64,000 nucleotides of DNA from Candidatus Calescibacterium sp. (GCA_032249135.1 JAVVGL010000005.1:1-64000); one strand, 5' to 3'. Shown: positions 1 to 11,774, numbered from the stretch's first letter. Notes: a model not told the origin generated them from the sequence alone. Numbers and translations are program-made.

Positions 1-2
1 AA

Positions 3-2315
3 AAAGGAAGGGTTTCTGAGGTTCAAGATCCCAAAGGAAGACCTTTTAGAATTGAATACGCCGATAATGTAGTCAGAGTTATATCAAGACGAGGATTTTC
101 GTCAGAGTACGAAATTGATAAAAATCTTGTAGCTATTTTACTATTGAGGAACGAAGTTGGAGCAGAAAGGAAATATTTTTACGATTCGGCAGGAAATATG
201 ATAAGGTTCATAGATGCAAAAGGGTTTGAGTGGAAATATGAATATGAAAATGGAAACCTTGTGAAAGTTATTGATCCCTTTGGGAATGCTGAGAAATGGT
301 ATTATTATGGTGAGCTTGTCACAGCATATGTGAACAAAGCAGGGAAAGCAAAAATGCTCTTTTATGATGATAGGGGAAACCTTATAAAGAAGATTGATTT
401 TGACGGCAGAAGTGAGTGGTCATGGGAATATAACAATTTGGGACTTGTCGTAAAAGAAGTTCAACCCCAAGGTGCTGTAATAAGGTATGAATATGATTCT
501 TTTGGAAATCTTAAAAGAAAAATAGATGCCCTGGGGAATGTTTGGAGATATGAGCATGATTCCTTAGGGAGGCTCATTCTTGAAGCAGACCCTCTCGGAA
601 ATACCACAAGATATGAATACGATTCATTGGGTAGAATGAAAAAGAAAGTTGATGCTTTGGGTAATGAGTGGACTTACATTTACGATTCAGTTGGAAACAA
701 AATAGCAGAAATTGATCCGCTGGGAAATCAAACAAAATACTTTTATGACTTTGCAAGAAATATCACAGCCACCGTAGATCCTCTTGGGAATATTTCTTTT
801 AAAGAGTATGATTCTGATGGGAATAGAATAAGGGAAACTGATTTCAGGGGAAATTCTGAGTACTTCTTGTATGACCCAGCAGGTAGGCTTATAAAGCATA
901 TAAATAGGTTGGGGGGTCAAACAGAAATTCAATACGACCCAGAGGGTGATGTTGTCCTCACAGTTCATCCTTCTGGTCTCAAATATGAATTAGGATATGA
1001 CAAACTGGGGAGGCAATCAGTTATCAAAACTATTGCAGATTCATCAGTTATTGAAACAAATAATGAATATGATTCGGTAGGAAATATTGTCAAAGTAAAA
1101 GTCAACGGAAAAGAGGCAAGATTTTCATACGATGATTTAGGAAAAGTTGTAAGATGGATTGATCCTACGGGAAGGGAGAAGTTTTATGAATACGACAGAA
1201 TGGAAAGACTTTCAAAAGTTGTTGAACCTGATGGATCGGAGACACAATATGAGTACGACTTTGAGGGGAAGCTTGCGAGAATTTTGAACCCAGATGGAAC
1301 ATTCATTATGCATGAATATGACACAGCTGGAAGGCTGGTAGCAATTACTGATTCAACAGGAGCAAGAACAGAATATGGATATGACCCAGTAGGTAGAATT
1401 GTTTTTATAAAGGACCCGGAAGGTGGAGTTACAAGATACGAGTATGATAAAGTCGGTAGAGTTGTTGCAGTTCAAGATCCAGAGGGGAACATAACAAGAT
1501 TTGAGTATGATGCAAAGGGAAACCTCATTGAGGTGATAGGAACTGATGGACAAAGGACAAGATATTCATATGACCCAGACGGAAATCTTATTTCCGCAAC
1601 TGACCCGGAGGGCAATACAACTTTTTATGAATATAATGAGATAGGGCTTTTGGTAGCAAGGATTGACCCAGATGGCTCAAGGACGGAGTATTTTTATGAC
1701 CCCGCTGGAAGGCTTCAAGTTATAAAGTATCCGAACGGCACAACTGAGTGGTTTGAGTATGATGCTTTCGGGAAACTTATAAAAAGGGTTGATGCTGAAG
1801 GAAAATTTGTAATTTTAATCTATGACGATTCTGGGAATGTTGTGAAGAAAATATATCAGGATGGCTCAGTTGAGTTAAGATACAACGATATGGGGATGCT
1901 TGTGAAGAAAATATATTCTGATGGAACAGAGATAGAATTTTCATATGACAACATGGGTAGATTAATCAGAGCAAGAGGGAAAGGCGCGGAAATTTTAAAT
2001 GAATATGAAAAAGATAAGCTAATAAGAAGAACATTCAAAATACCTGGAATTTCTCCTGTTGCTGTGGAATACGGATATGACTTGGCGGGGAGAAAAGTTT
2101 TGGTAAGGGATCCTTGGGGAGAAACAAGATACCAATATAACGGAGCAGGATTACTCAAATCTGTTGAGTCTGATGGAATAAGAGCGTTTTTCTCATATGA
2201 CAAGTCCGGAAGAAGGGTTCTTATTATGTATCCGAACGGCGTTGAAGCAAGGTATGAGTATGGAAACTCAAAACTCAAAAGTATAAATATTTCAAAGGGA
2301 GCAAAGACATTGTAG
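3..2315 (+). CDS. RHS/YD-repeat protein, 5'-truncated by the window edge; N-terminal part, ends at an in-frame TAG
   Basis: Frame is open from position 3 (KGRVSEVQDPKGRPFRIEY...), so it starts outside the window. Dozens of YD repeats (YEYDxxGRLxxxxDPxG). TAG at 2313-2315 is in frame with the next ORF. Confidence 0.93.
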   Translation, partial: KGRVSEVQDPKGRPFRIEYADNVVRVISRRGFSSEYEIDKNLVAILLLRNEVGAERKYFYDSAGNMIRFIDAKGFEWKYEYENGNLVKVIDPFGNAEKWYYYGELVTAYVNKAGKAKMLFYDDRGNLIKKIDFDGRSEWSWEYNNLGLVVKEVQPQGAVIRYEYDSFGNLKRKIDALGNVWRYEHDSLGRLILEADPLGNTTRYEYDSLGRMKKKVDALGNEWTYIYDSVGNKIAEIDPLGNQTKYFYDFARNITATVDPLGNISFKEYDSDGNRIRETDFRGNSEYFLYDPAGRLIKHINRLGGQTEIQYDPEGDVVLTVHPSGLKYELGYDKLGRQSVIKTIADSSVIETNNEYDSVGNIVKVKVNGKEARFSYDDLGKVVRWIDPTGREKFYEYDRMERLSKVVEPDGSETQYEYDFEGKLARILNPDGTFIMHEYDTAGRLVAITDSTGARTEYGYDPVGRIVFIKDPEGGVTRYEYDKVGRVVAVQDPEGNITRFEYDAKGNLIEVIGTDGQRTRYSYDPDGNLISATDPEGNTTFYEYNEIGLLVARIDPDGSRTEYFYDPAGRLQVIKYPNGTTEWFEYDAFGKLIKRVDAEGKFVILIYDDSGNVVKKIYQDGSVELRYNDMGMLVKKIYSDGTEIEFSYDNMGRLIRARGKGAEILNEYEKDKLIRRTFKIPGISPVAVEYGYDLAGRKVLVRDPWGETRYQYNGAGLLKSVESDGIRAFFSYDKSGRRVLIMYPNGVEARYEYGNSKLKSINISKGAKTL

Positions 2316-2348
2316 AATGCAAGATACACATATGATAAAAGGGGGCTT

Positions 2349-4295
2349 GTGATGGAGATAGATGAGCTCAAAAGGAGAAAGACTTACAGCTATGATGGAT
2401 TAGGAAGGCTTGTGATGCAAGAGGTTCTCAACAAGGAAAATCCTATAAAGAGTTATTCTTTCTTTTTCGGGTATGATAGTATGGGAAACAGAAGCTTTAT
2501 GGAACTTGTAGCAGGTGTGGAAGGGATTTTTGATCCAAGGTTTCCAAGACCAAAAGATAAAGAGCCAGTGCTGAAGCACCCAGTTAAAGTTGAGTATAGG
2601 TACAACAAAGCAAATGAGATTTTGAGCTCGGAGGCAAGGCGAACAAAGAATAACGAGTTGTGGTATAGGACACAATTTTCGCACGACATGAGAGGCAATA
2701 TAAAAATTAAGTCAGTATTGCTACTGGATAAAAATAGCAGCGGTAATGGAATTTATACGACAAAGTATGTTTATGATTTCGATAACAATCTTTCACAGAT
2801 TTTATTCCCAGGAGGTCAGAGAGAAGAATTTTTGAACTTTGAGGGTATTGTTTTTAAAGAAAGGTATATAGATGAAGAAGGAGAGGTAAAAGAGAAAAAC
2901 TTTATTTATGATGGGGACCAGGTTTTGTTGGAGTTAGATGAGAGTGGGATACCAATAAAGAGGTATGTTCTTTCAGATGGAGGAGAGATTTTATGGGCGA
3001 AGAATTTCAAGGGAGAAAATAAAGAAGGCTGCGAAAAAGAGAGTGGCAATGGAAAGGGTAAAGGCAAAGACAAAGGAGGATGTAATAACAATAACAATAA
3101 TAACAATAATAAGCGAGAATATATTTTTTATCACTATGACCATTTAGGGTCAGTAGTAATTCTTACAGATTTTTCGGGAGAGGTAGTGGGGGAGTATGAG
3201 TATTCACCGTTTGGAGAAGTGTTGGAGGCACAAGGACCTGAGGCAAAGAAGAACTTATATCTTTTCAAAGGGAGAAGATATATGGAAAAAGCAGGGGTTT
3301 ATGATTTCAGATTGGGTATATGGGATCCAAGATATGGAAGGTTTCTACAAGGAGCTGTTGGGTTGGGGAAACTCGTTGAGCAGATGAGATTAGGGAAAGG
3401 AGCAGTTCCGCATGTATTCCCATCTGCGCTTGAGCCTCGTCCTTCTGATTTTCTAATGCGACAACTTTTTCCGGGAAGAATAGAGATAAGAAACTGTAAT
3501 GAGCAAGATCGCCAGAAGATAGCTAATAACATTTCAATTTTAAGGGAGAGAATTAGGAATACATCTTGTGTAGGGGAACCACTCAAAAGTGTGATATTAG
3601 ATTATCTATCGGGGGGCAGAACTTTCCAATTTGTTGTTGGTGTTCAGCTTGATTTGAAAATTTATGATAGGATAATATTTAACAAGGGAGGGATTAGGTT
3701 AAATAGTAGATGGTTGCATGGAGCTACTTTATATGGAGCGAGGAAAGAGATAAGAATAGGAATTTACAATATAAAGAGTTTGCCATCGTTTGGGCAAAGG
3801 ATTGAAGTTAAACCTCAAATCGGGATTAGACCAAATCAGAACAGAATCATCAATATTCCATACTCTGTTGTTCCAAGGGTGAATATACCAAAGATAAGAG
3901 ATGGTGATGTATTGTTATGGATGCCCACTATGAGACCGCAATTGAACCTAATAACCCCGGCACAAATAACGATTCCGCATAAATGGATGATTATAAACTG
4001 TGATTACGGGTGTAAAAAGGAAAATAGAAGAGTTACCTGTGGATATACTTATCATGATACAGGCAGTGGATCAGATTTTATAGCACAAATATGGATATGT
4101 CAATATGCGCTTCAGGAGCAGGAAGGAATATGCACACCAAAACCCCAGATTGCCAGTACAATTTTACACGAACTCGTTCATGAAGCTTGTTATAATAGTG
4201 ATGATCAGGAAAAAGGTATGGCATATGGCTGCGAGTATTCATGTTTTGGCGGAAAAGATACTGAGGGATCTAAAAGATGCAGACAAGGAAGATAA
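2349..4295 (+). CDS. RHS repeat-associated core plus Cys-rich C-terminal HExxH metallopeptidase-like domain; same frame as 3..2315
   Basis: RHS core motifs YHYDHLGSV...YEYSPFGE...DPRYGRFLQ. HELVH at 4167-4181. The intervening 2316-2348 reads NARYTYDKRGL, itself a YD repeat. Confidence 0.88.
   Translation: MMEIDELKRRKTYSYDGLGRLVMQEVLNKENPIKSYSFFFGYDSMGNRSFMELVAGVEGIFDPRFPRPKDKEPVLKHPVKVEYRYNKANEILSSEARRTKNNELWYRTQFSHDMRGNIKIKSVLLLDKNSSGNGIYTTKYVYDFDNNLSQILFPGGQREEFLNFEGIVFKERYIDEEGEVKEKNFIYDGDQVLLELDESGIPIKRYVLSDGGEILWAKNFKGENKEGCEKESGNGKGKGKDKGGCNNNNNNNNNKREYIFYHYDHLGSVVILTDFSGEVVGEYEYSPFGEVLEAQGPEAKKNLYLFKGRRYMEKAGVYDFRLGIWDPRYGRFLQGAVGLGKLVEQMRLGKGAVPHVFPSALEPRPSDFLMRQLFPGRIEIRNCNEQDRQKIANNISILRERIRNTSCVGEPLKSVILDYLSGGRTFQFVVGVQLDLKIYDRIIFNKGGIRLNSRWLHGATLYGARKEIRIGIYNIKSLPSFGQRIEVKPQIGIRPNQNRIINIPYSVVPRVNIPKIRDGDVLLWMPTMRPQLNLITPAQITIPHKWMIINCDYGCKKENRRVTCGYTYHDTGSGSDFIAQIWICQYALQEQEGICTPKPQIASTILHELVHEACYNSDDQEKGMAYGCEYSCFGGKDTEGSKRCRQGR
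3084..3110 (+). repeat. AAT/AAC trinucleotide tract encoding 9 Asn inside the RHS core
   Basis: aat aac aat aac aat aat aac aat aat, following the GNGKGKGKDKGGC low-complexity segment. Confidence 0.9.
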
Positions 4296-5425
4296 AGCTA
4301 CCCAAAAATAAGTTGATACTATATCTCATTTGCCTTGTTTATCTAAATTGCTTCAATTATAATGAAATATGTAACATTTTTAATCCCTGTAACAAATGTA
4401 TGAAGAAGCACTCTGACCCCGAACTACAAATAAAAAGGGGATTTTTCCCATTTGATGAATCATTAGAATATAATTCTGGAAAAATTCTCGGAGCCAATTA
4501 TGGTTCAACCGTATTTGCTTTTTCCTCAGATGGTAAGGTAATATTTTCTCTGAAACCAGGAAAGGGAAAAGTAGGCTTCCAGTTCTTTCTCCCTCCTGCC
4601 ATATACCATTCAAGATACTATGCAGTAAGCGAATGCGGTGAAGTTTTAGTTATAAATGAGGAAGGAAAAATCATAAAAAAAGCTATACTTGATAACGACA
4701 ATTTAATTATGGGTCCAATTTTTATCAAAAATGATAGGCTTTATATTATTAGTTGGGAAACTCTGAAAATCTATGACATTAATAGCTTAAAATTGATTGA
4801 TAAAAAGATTTTTGAGGGTGAGATATTATACTCTGATAAGATAGGTTTTGTTGTTTATTCACCTCCAAATTTGGTAGTTCTTGATGATAATTTTTCAGAA
4901 AAGTTATCGTTGAAAGCAAGATGTGACGAGTTTATTATTGGTTTCAGAGAAGACGAAGAATCAATAGAAGAGCACTGCCCAGATGGCGTAAGAATAATCA
5001 ACATAAAGGGAGAAGAAAAGTTTTTTCCTCTACCTTTAAGCTTTTTCCAAAAAAGCGCATATAAACCAGAAAGATATGGAATTTTTAATGGACATATTAT
5101 TTTTCACGCAGATGATGGATATATATACTTCGGATATAATAGAACGGATATAAGGGGAGAGAATTGCAGTATTATCACGCGTAAAACAGTTCTAATTACA
5201 TCATGTGATGAAACTAATAACTACATTATCAACGGAGATGGTTCCGCAAAAAAGTTGAGCATTGAATGTAGAATTTTCAGAGGATATACTTTGAATGGAT
5301 ACAAATATGTAATTGAAGATGAAGAAGGGAATGTATATTTTAAGATGTATTGTTACGATGGTTGGTACGTAGCAAAGATGAAAGGAGATGGTAATATTAT
5401 TTGGATGAGAAAAATAACGGAATAG
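4277..5425 (+). CDS. Secreted or lipoprotein, beta-propeller-like; candidate immunity protein, copy 1
   Basis: Overlaps the RHS stop codon. Basic N-terminus, hydrophobic stretch and YLNC. Short beta-strand repeats (DGKVIFS, EGKIIKK, DGNIIW). Paralog of 5438..6625. Confidence 0.7.
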   Translation: MQTRKIKLPKNKLILYLICLVYLNCFNYNEICNIFNPCNKCMKKHSDPELQIKRGFFPFDESLEYNSGKILGANYGSTVFAFSSDGKVIFSLKPGKGKVGFQFFLPPAIYHSRYYAVSECGEVLVINEEGKIIKKAILDNDNLIMGPIFIKNDRLYIISWETLKIYDINSLKLIDKKIFEGEILYSDKIGFVVYSPPNLVVLDDNFSEKLSLKARCDEFIIGFREDEESIEEHCPDGVRIINIKGEEKFFPLPLSFFQKSAYKPERYGIFNGHIIFHADDGYIYFGYNRTDIRGENCSIITRKTVLITSCDETNNYIINGDGSAKKLSIECRIFRGYTLNGYKYVIEDEEGNVYFKMYCYDGWYVAKMKGDGNIIWMRKITE

Positions 5426-5437
5426 AACTGGAAATAA

Positions 5438-6625
5438 ATGGTGAATATACCAAAGATGCAGACAAGGAAGATAAAACTACTCAAAATTGACTTAATGCTA
5501 TGTTTCACTTGCCTTGTTTACCTAAACTGTTTCAATGAAAATAAAATATGTAACATTTTTAACCCGTGCAACGAATGTATGAAGGAGTATTCTGAAAAAG
5601 TAATAAAAATGTCCATTTTATTTTCATTCGGAAATTCATTAGAGTATAGTTCGGATAAGATCTTAGGAGCTTATGGGCGTATATTTGCTATCTCTTCCGA
5701 TGGAGAAATAATATTTTCCTTGAAATTAAAAAGAACAGAAAGAACAGGTTTTTATTTTATTTTCCCTCCAATTTTACACGACTCAAAATACTATGCAGTA
5801 AGTGAATGCGGCGAAGTTGTAGTTATAAATGAAAAAGGAAAAATCATAAAAAAAGCTATACTTGATAACGATGATCTAATAAGTCAGACTTTCATTAAAG
5901 ATAATAAACTCTATATTAATAATCAGAAAATCTATGACATTGATAGTTTTAAGCTGGTTGGGAGAAAAAATTTTGATGGAATGGTAGCATACTCTGATAA
6001 GATAGGTTTTGTTGTTTATTCTCCTCCAAATTTGCTTGTTCTTGATGATAATTTTTCAGAAAAGTTATCGTTGAAAGCAAGGTGTAATGGGTTTATCGGT
6101 TTCAGTGGGGATGGAGAGATGATAAAGGAGCACTGCCCAGATGGCGTCAGAATAATTAATATGAAGGGAGAAGATAAATTTTTTCCGTTTCCTCTAACCC
6201 TCTTCCAAAAAAGTGTATATGAATATGAAAATGAATCAGGGGTTTCTTTATATCCACAAAGATATGGAATTTTTAATGGACAAATTGTTTTTCATGCTGA
6301 CGATGGATACATATACTTCGGATATAATAGAACAGATATAAAGGGAAATTATTGCGAAGTCTTGCCAGGTAAAAAAGTTCTAATCATATCGTGTGATGAA
6401 ACTAATAACTACATTATCAAAGTGGAAGGCTCCGCAAAAAAGTTAGATATTGCATGTTGGATTTTCAGAGGATATAGTTTGAACGAGTATAAGTACTTGA
6501 TTGAAGATGAAGAAGGGAATGCATATTTTATAGTAAATTGTCGTGATGGAGGTTATGTAGTAAAGCTGAAAGAAGATGGTAATATCATTTGGATGAGAAA
6601 AATAGTAGAATGGAATTCTAAATAA
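5438..6625 (+). CDS. Secreted or lipoprotein, beta-propeller-like; candidate immunity protein, copy 2 (start may be ATG 5456)
   Basis: Shares long identical blocks with copy 1 (YYAVSECGEV, YSDKIGFVVYSPPNL, VLDDNFSEKLSLKARC, EHCPDGVRIIN, FHADDGYIYFGYNRTDI). Confidence 0.7.
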   Translation: MVNIPKMQTRKIKLLKIDLMLCFTCLVYLNCFNENKICNIFNPCNECMKEYSEKVIKMSILFSFGNSLEYSSDKILGAYGRIFAISSDGEIIFSLKLKRTERTGFYFIFPPILHDSKYYAVSECGEVVVINEKGKIIKKAILDNDDLISQTFIKDNKLYINNQKIYDIDSFKLVGRKNFDGMVAYSDKIGFVVYSPPNLLVLDDNFSEKLSLKARCNGFIGFSGDGEMIKEHCPDGVRIINMKGEDKFFPFPLTLFQKSVYEYENESGVSLYPQRYGIFNGQIVFHADDGYIYFGYNRTDIKGNYCEVLPGKKVLIISCDETNNYIIKVEGSAKKLDIACWIFRGYSLNEYKYLIEDEEGNAYFIVNCRDGGYVVKLKEDGNIIWMRKIVEWNSK

Positions 6626-6797
6626 TTTGATTTTCTTTTTTTTAAGTTTTGTTCTATTTTTTAACCTAAGTTGCTAGTTATAGTATTTTGAAAAATCTGT
6701 AAGGGTTATAGGATATTAAGTTAAAGAAGTTTTGATATTTATTTCTCACATCAGCTTTAATTTAATATCTATTATTGATTGATTTTTTGATAACTAG

Positions 6798-8894
<2,097 letters not shown>

Positions 8895-9133
8895 AAGTTT
8901 TAGAATAAAAATTTAAAAAAGAACGGAAAACAATTAATCTGCACAATCAAAAATAATCTCTCAAATCTCTCAAAAATAATCTTTACATAAATAAATCATA
9001 AAATAAACAGGCTAAATAGATTTTGAGGGGCAAAAATTTATTGAAAATCGTTCTTTAAAATGAGAATTCATTAATAAGAAGATATTTTGAGCCATATATT
9101 TTGCTGCGAATTTTATAAAGGGGTGAATTTGAT

Positions 9134-9247
9134 ATGAAGGTGAGATCATCTGTAAAAAAAAGATGCGCAAGTTGCAGAGTTATAAGGAGGAAAAATAGAG
9201 TTTATATTATTTGCGAAAACCCAAAACACAAACAAAGACAAGGATAA
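9134..9247 (+). CDS. rpmJ: 50S ribosomal protein L36 (Zn-binding C+ form); missed by the ORF track
   Basis: Translated by hand: [37 protein letters not shown]. Confidence 0.97.
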   Translation: MKVRSSVKKRCASCRVIRRKNRVYIICENPKHKQRQG

Positions 9248-9272
9248 AAGAAAGAAAGAGAGGTAAAACAAA

Positions 9273-9653
9273 ATGAGAATTTTGGGAAGAGATATAATTG
9301 ATAAAAAGAAAGTTATCCCTGGGCTTATGGATATATTTGGCATAGGAGAAAACATGGCATACCATATTGTCAGCATGGTTGGGATAGATTACACGAAAAG
9401 AATAAAAGATTTAACAGAAGAAGATGTCGCAAAAATAAATTCGGCAGTTGAAAGATTAGGATTGAAAGTTGAAGGGGATTTAAGAAAAGAAATAAGCGAC
9501 AACATACAAAGACTAAAAGATATAAAATGTTATAGGGGGCACAGACATGTGGTAGGGTTGCCAGTAAGGGGGCAGAGAACCCACTCTAATGCCCGTACAA
9601 GAAAAGGTCCGAGAAAACACAGAATTCTTGCAAGGAAAAAGAAAAAAAAGTAA
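9273..9653 (+). CDS. rpsM: 30S ribosomal protein S13
   Basis: VEGDLR...YRGHRH..GLPVRGQRTHSNARTRKGP. Confidence 0.98.
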   Translation: MRILGRDIIDKKKVIPGLMDIFGIGENMAYHIVSMVGIDYTKRIKDLTEEDVAKINSAVERLGLKVEGDLRKEISDNIQRLKDIKCYRGHRHVVGLPVRGQRTHSNARTRKGPRKHRILARKKKKK

Positions 9654-9682
9654 TAGAATAAAGTGAGGGGGGTAAGTTAGAT

Positions 9683-10060
9683 ATGGCTCAGAAAAAAAAG
9701 AAGGTAAGAAAAGTTCCATATGCGATAGCATATATAAAATCAACATTTAACAACACAATTGTAACATTTACTGACCTTGACGGGAATGTTCTCACATGGT
9801 CATCTGGCGGGGCGATAGGCTATAAAGGTACAAAGAAAGGTACACCTTATGCGGCTCAAAGGGCGGCTTCTGAGGCTGCAAAAAAAGCAAAATCAATATA
9901 CGGAGTCGAAAAATGCGCAGTATATGTCAAAGGTCCTGGTCCCGGCAGGGAAACAGCAATAAGAGCAATCCAAAATGAAGGCATAGAAATAGTATTACTA
10001 CGGGATATCACTCCTATCCCGCACAACGGTTGCAGAGCTCCCGGGAGAAGAAGAGTGTAA
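9683..10060 (+). CDS. rpsK: 30S ribosomal protein S11
   Basis: [32 protein letters not shown]. Confidence 0.98.
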   Translation: MAQKKKKVRKVPYAIAYIKSTFNNTIVTFTDLDGNVLTWSSGGAIGYKGTKKGTPYAAQRAASEAAKKAKSIYGVEKCAVYVKGPGPGRETAIRAIQNEGIEIVLLRDITPIPHNGCRAPGRRRV

Positions 10061-10103
10061 ATTTGAAATTATTAAATAAAATAAGAGGGGGTTTGTTGAT
10101 AAT

Positions 10104-10712
10104 ATGGCAATAAAGAGCGGACCAGTTTGCAGAATATGTAGAAGAGCAGGGATGAAACTTTATCTAAAAGGGCAAAAGTGTTATACAGAAAAATGCCCGT
10201 TTGAGAAAAGACCCTTTCCACCAGGACAACATGGGAGGAAAAAAAGAATTATAAGATTATCTGATTATGGTATTAGACTTCTTGAAAAGCAAAAACTCAA
10301 AAAATTCTATTTTATGCGAGAAGAACAGTTCAGAAGGTTTTTTGATATGGCTCTCAGAGCAACAGGTAATACAGGAAATAGATTTATAGAACTCCTTGAA
10401 AGGAGGTTAGATAATGTAGTTTTTAGGGCAGGTTTTGCACTTTCAAGAAGACATGCAAGGCAACTTATATCTCACGGACACATAAAGGTGAATGGCAGAA
10501 AAGTTGATATACCATCTTACCTTGTAGATTTAGGTGATGAGATAGAATTAGTGAAAAAAGAACTTATACCTCAAACTCCTATTTTGAAACCACCTTCATG
10601 GATAGAATCTGATTTGAAGGAAGGAAAAGCCAAAATTGTAAGGTTACCAGAAAGAAAAGATCTTGACCTCAAAATAGATGAAACTTTAATAATAGAGTTT
10701 TATTCAAGATAA
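10104..10712 (+). CDS. rpsD: 30S ribosomal protein S4
   Basis: CRICRR, PPGQHG, LERRLDNVVFR, ARQLISHGH, IIEFYSR. Confidence 0.98.
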   Translation: MAIKSGPVCRICRRAGMKLYLKGQKCYTEKCPFEKRPFPPGQHGRKKRIIRLSDYGIRLLEKQKLKKFYFMREEQFRRFFDMALRATGNTGNRFIELLERRLDNVVFRAGFALSRRHARQLISHGHIKVNGRKVDIPSYLVDLGDEIELVKKELIPQTPILKPPSWIESDLKEGKAKIVRLPERKDLDLKIDETLIIEFYSR

Positions 10713-10731
10713 AGTAGGAGGGAAAAATTTT

Positions 10732-11034
10732 ATGCCAAGGAGAGAACTAGAAGGTGTTGTCATTTCTGCTGGAAAAATGGATAAAACGGTAAAAGTTTTA
10801 GTGGAAAGAATTACTATGCATCCTCTATATAAAAAACACATAAAGAAAAGAAAAAAATATCTTGTTCACGATCCAGAAAACAGATGCAAAGAGGGTGATA
10901 TAGTTTTAATAAGGGAAGGAAGACCTTTTTCAAAACTCAAAAGGTTCTATGTGGTAAAAATTTTAGGAAATATAAAATTACAAAACCAAAGCCAAGATAC
11001 TTCCCCTAATATGGAAGGAGGTAAATCACCATGA
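10732..11034 (+). CDS. rpsQ: 30S ribosomal protein S17
   Basis: GVVIS.KMDKTV.V, HPLYKK, HDPEN, GD.V.I.E.RP.SK.KRF. Confidence 0.97.
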   Translation: MPRRELEGVVISAGKMDKTVKVLVERITMHPLYKKHIKKRKKYLVHDPENRCKEGDIVLIREGRPFSKLKRFYVVKILGNIKLQNQSQDTSPNMEGGKSP

Positions 11035-11399
11035 TACAGAGAGAGACAAAAGTTATTGTTGCAGATAATTCCGGAGCAAAATGGGGAAAATGTATAGGAA
11101 TTCTCGGAGGAAGCGGGAAGAAATATGCCTATATTGGAGATATAATAGTAATAGCAGTAAAGGACGCAATTCCTCACACCAAAATATCTAAAGGAGATGT
11201 GAAAAAAGCTATTGTTGTTAGAACAAAAAAAGAATTCAGAAGAAAAGATGGCTCATACATAAGGTTTGACGATAATGCAGTTGTTATAATAAACGAAAAA
11301 GGTGATCCGGAAGGTACAAGAATTTTTGGTCCTATCCCTCGGGAAATAAGGGAGAAAGGTTTTACAAAAATTGCATCTTTGGCTCCAGAAATAGTTTGA
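11031..11399 (+). CDS. rplN: 50S ribosomal protein L14
   Basis: [30 protein letters not shown]. Confidence 0.98.
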   Translation: MIQRETKVIVADNSGAKWGKCIGILGGSGKKYAYIGDIIVIAVKDAIPHTKISKGDVKKAIVVRTKKEFRRKDGSYIRFDDNAVVIINEKGDPEGTRIFGPIPREIREKGFTKIASLAPEIV

Positions 11400-11414
11400 T
11401 ACGGAGGTTAAAAA

Positions 11415-11735
11415 ATGAGAAAACTTAAAACAGGGGATACTGTGTTTGTAATCGCAGGAAAAGACAAAGGAAAAATTGGAAGAATTCTCAGAGTTTTTCC
11501 TAAGGAAGATAGGGCAATCGTAGAAGGAGTAAACAGAATAAAAAAACATGTCAAACCTACCCCCCGCAACCCCCAGGGCGGAATAATAGAAGTTTTCGGT
11601 AAAATTCATATCTCTAATCTTATGCTCGTCTGTCCCAAATGTAAGAAACCAACAAGGGTAGGAATAAAAATTTTAGAAGATAAAAGAAAACTAAGATATT
11701 GTAAAAAATGCGGAGATTTTGTTGACCAAATATAG
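11415..11735 (+). CDS. rplX: 50S ribosomal protein L24
   Basis: GDTV.VIAGKDKGK.G, VEGVN, IHISN, CxxC...CxxC. Confidence 0.98.
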   Translation: MRKLKTGDTVFVIAGKDKGKIGRILRVFPKEDRAIVEGVNRIKKHVKPTPRNPQGGIIEVFGKIHISNLMLVCPKCKKPTRVGIKILEDKRKLRYCKKCGDFVDQI

Positions 11736-11774
11736 AAAAAACAATAATAAATAAATAGCAAGGAGGAAAAAATT

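Noticed and set aside
144-2315. Periodic DNA repeats that could mimic a CRISPR or tandem array
   Set aside because: The periodicity is the ~21-codon YD protein repeat, with no identical repeat-spacer units and no cas genes.
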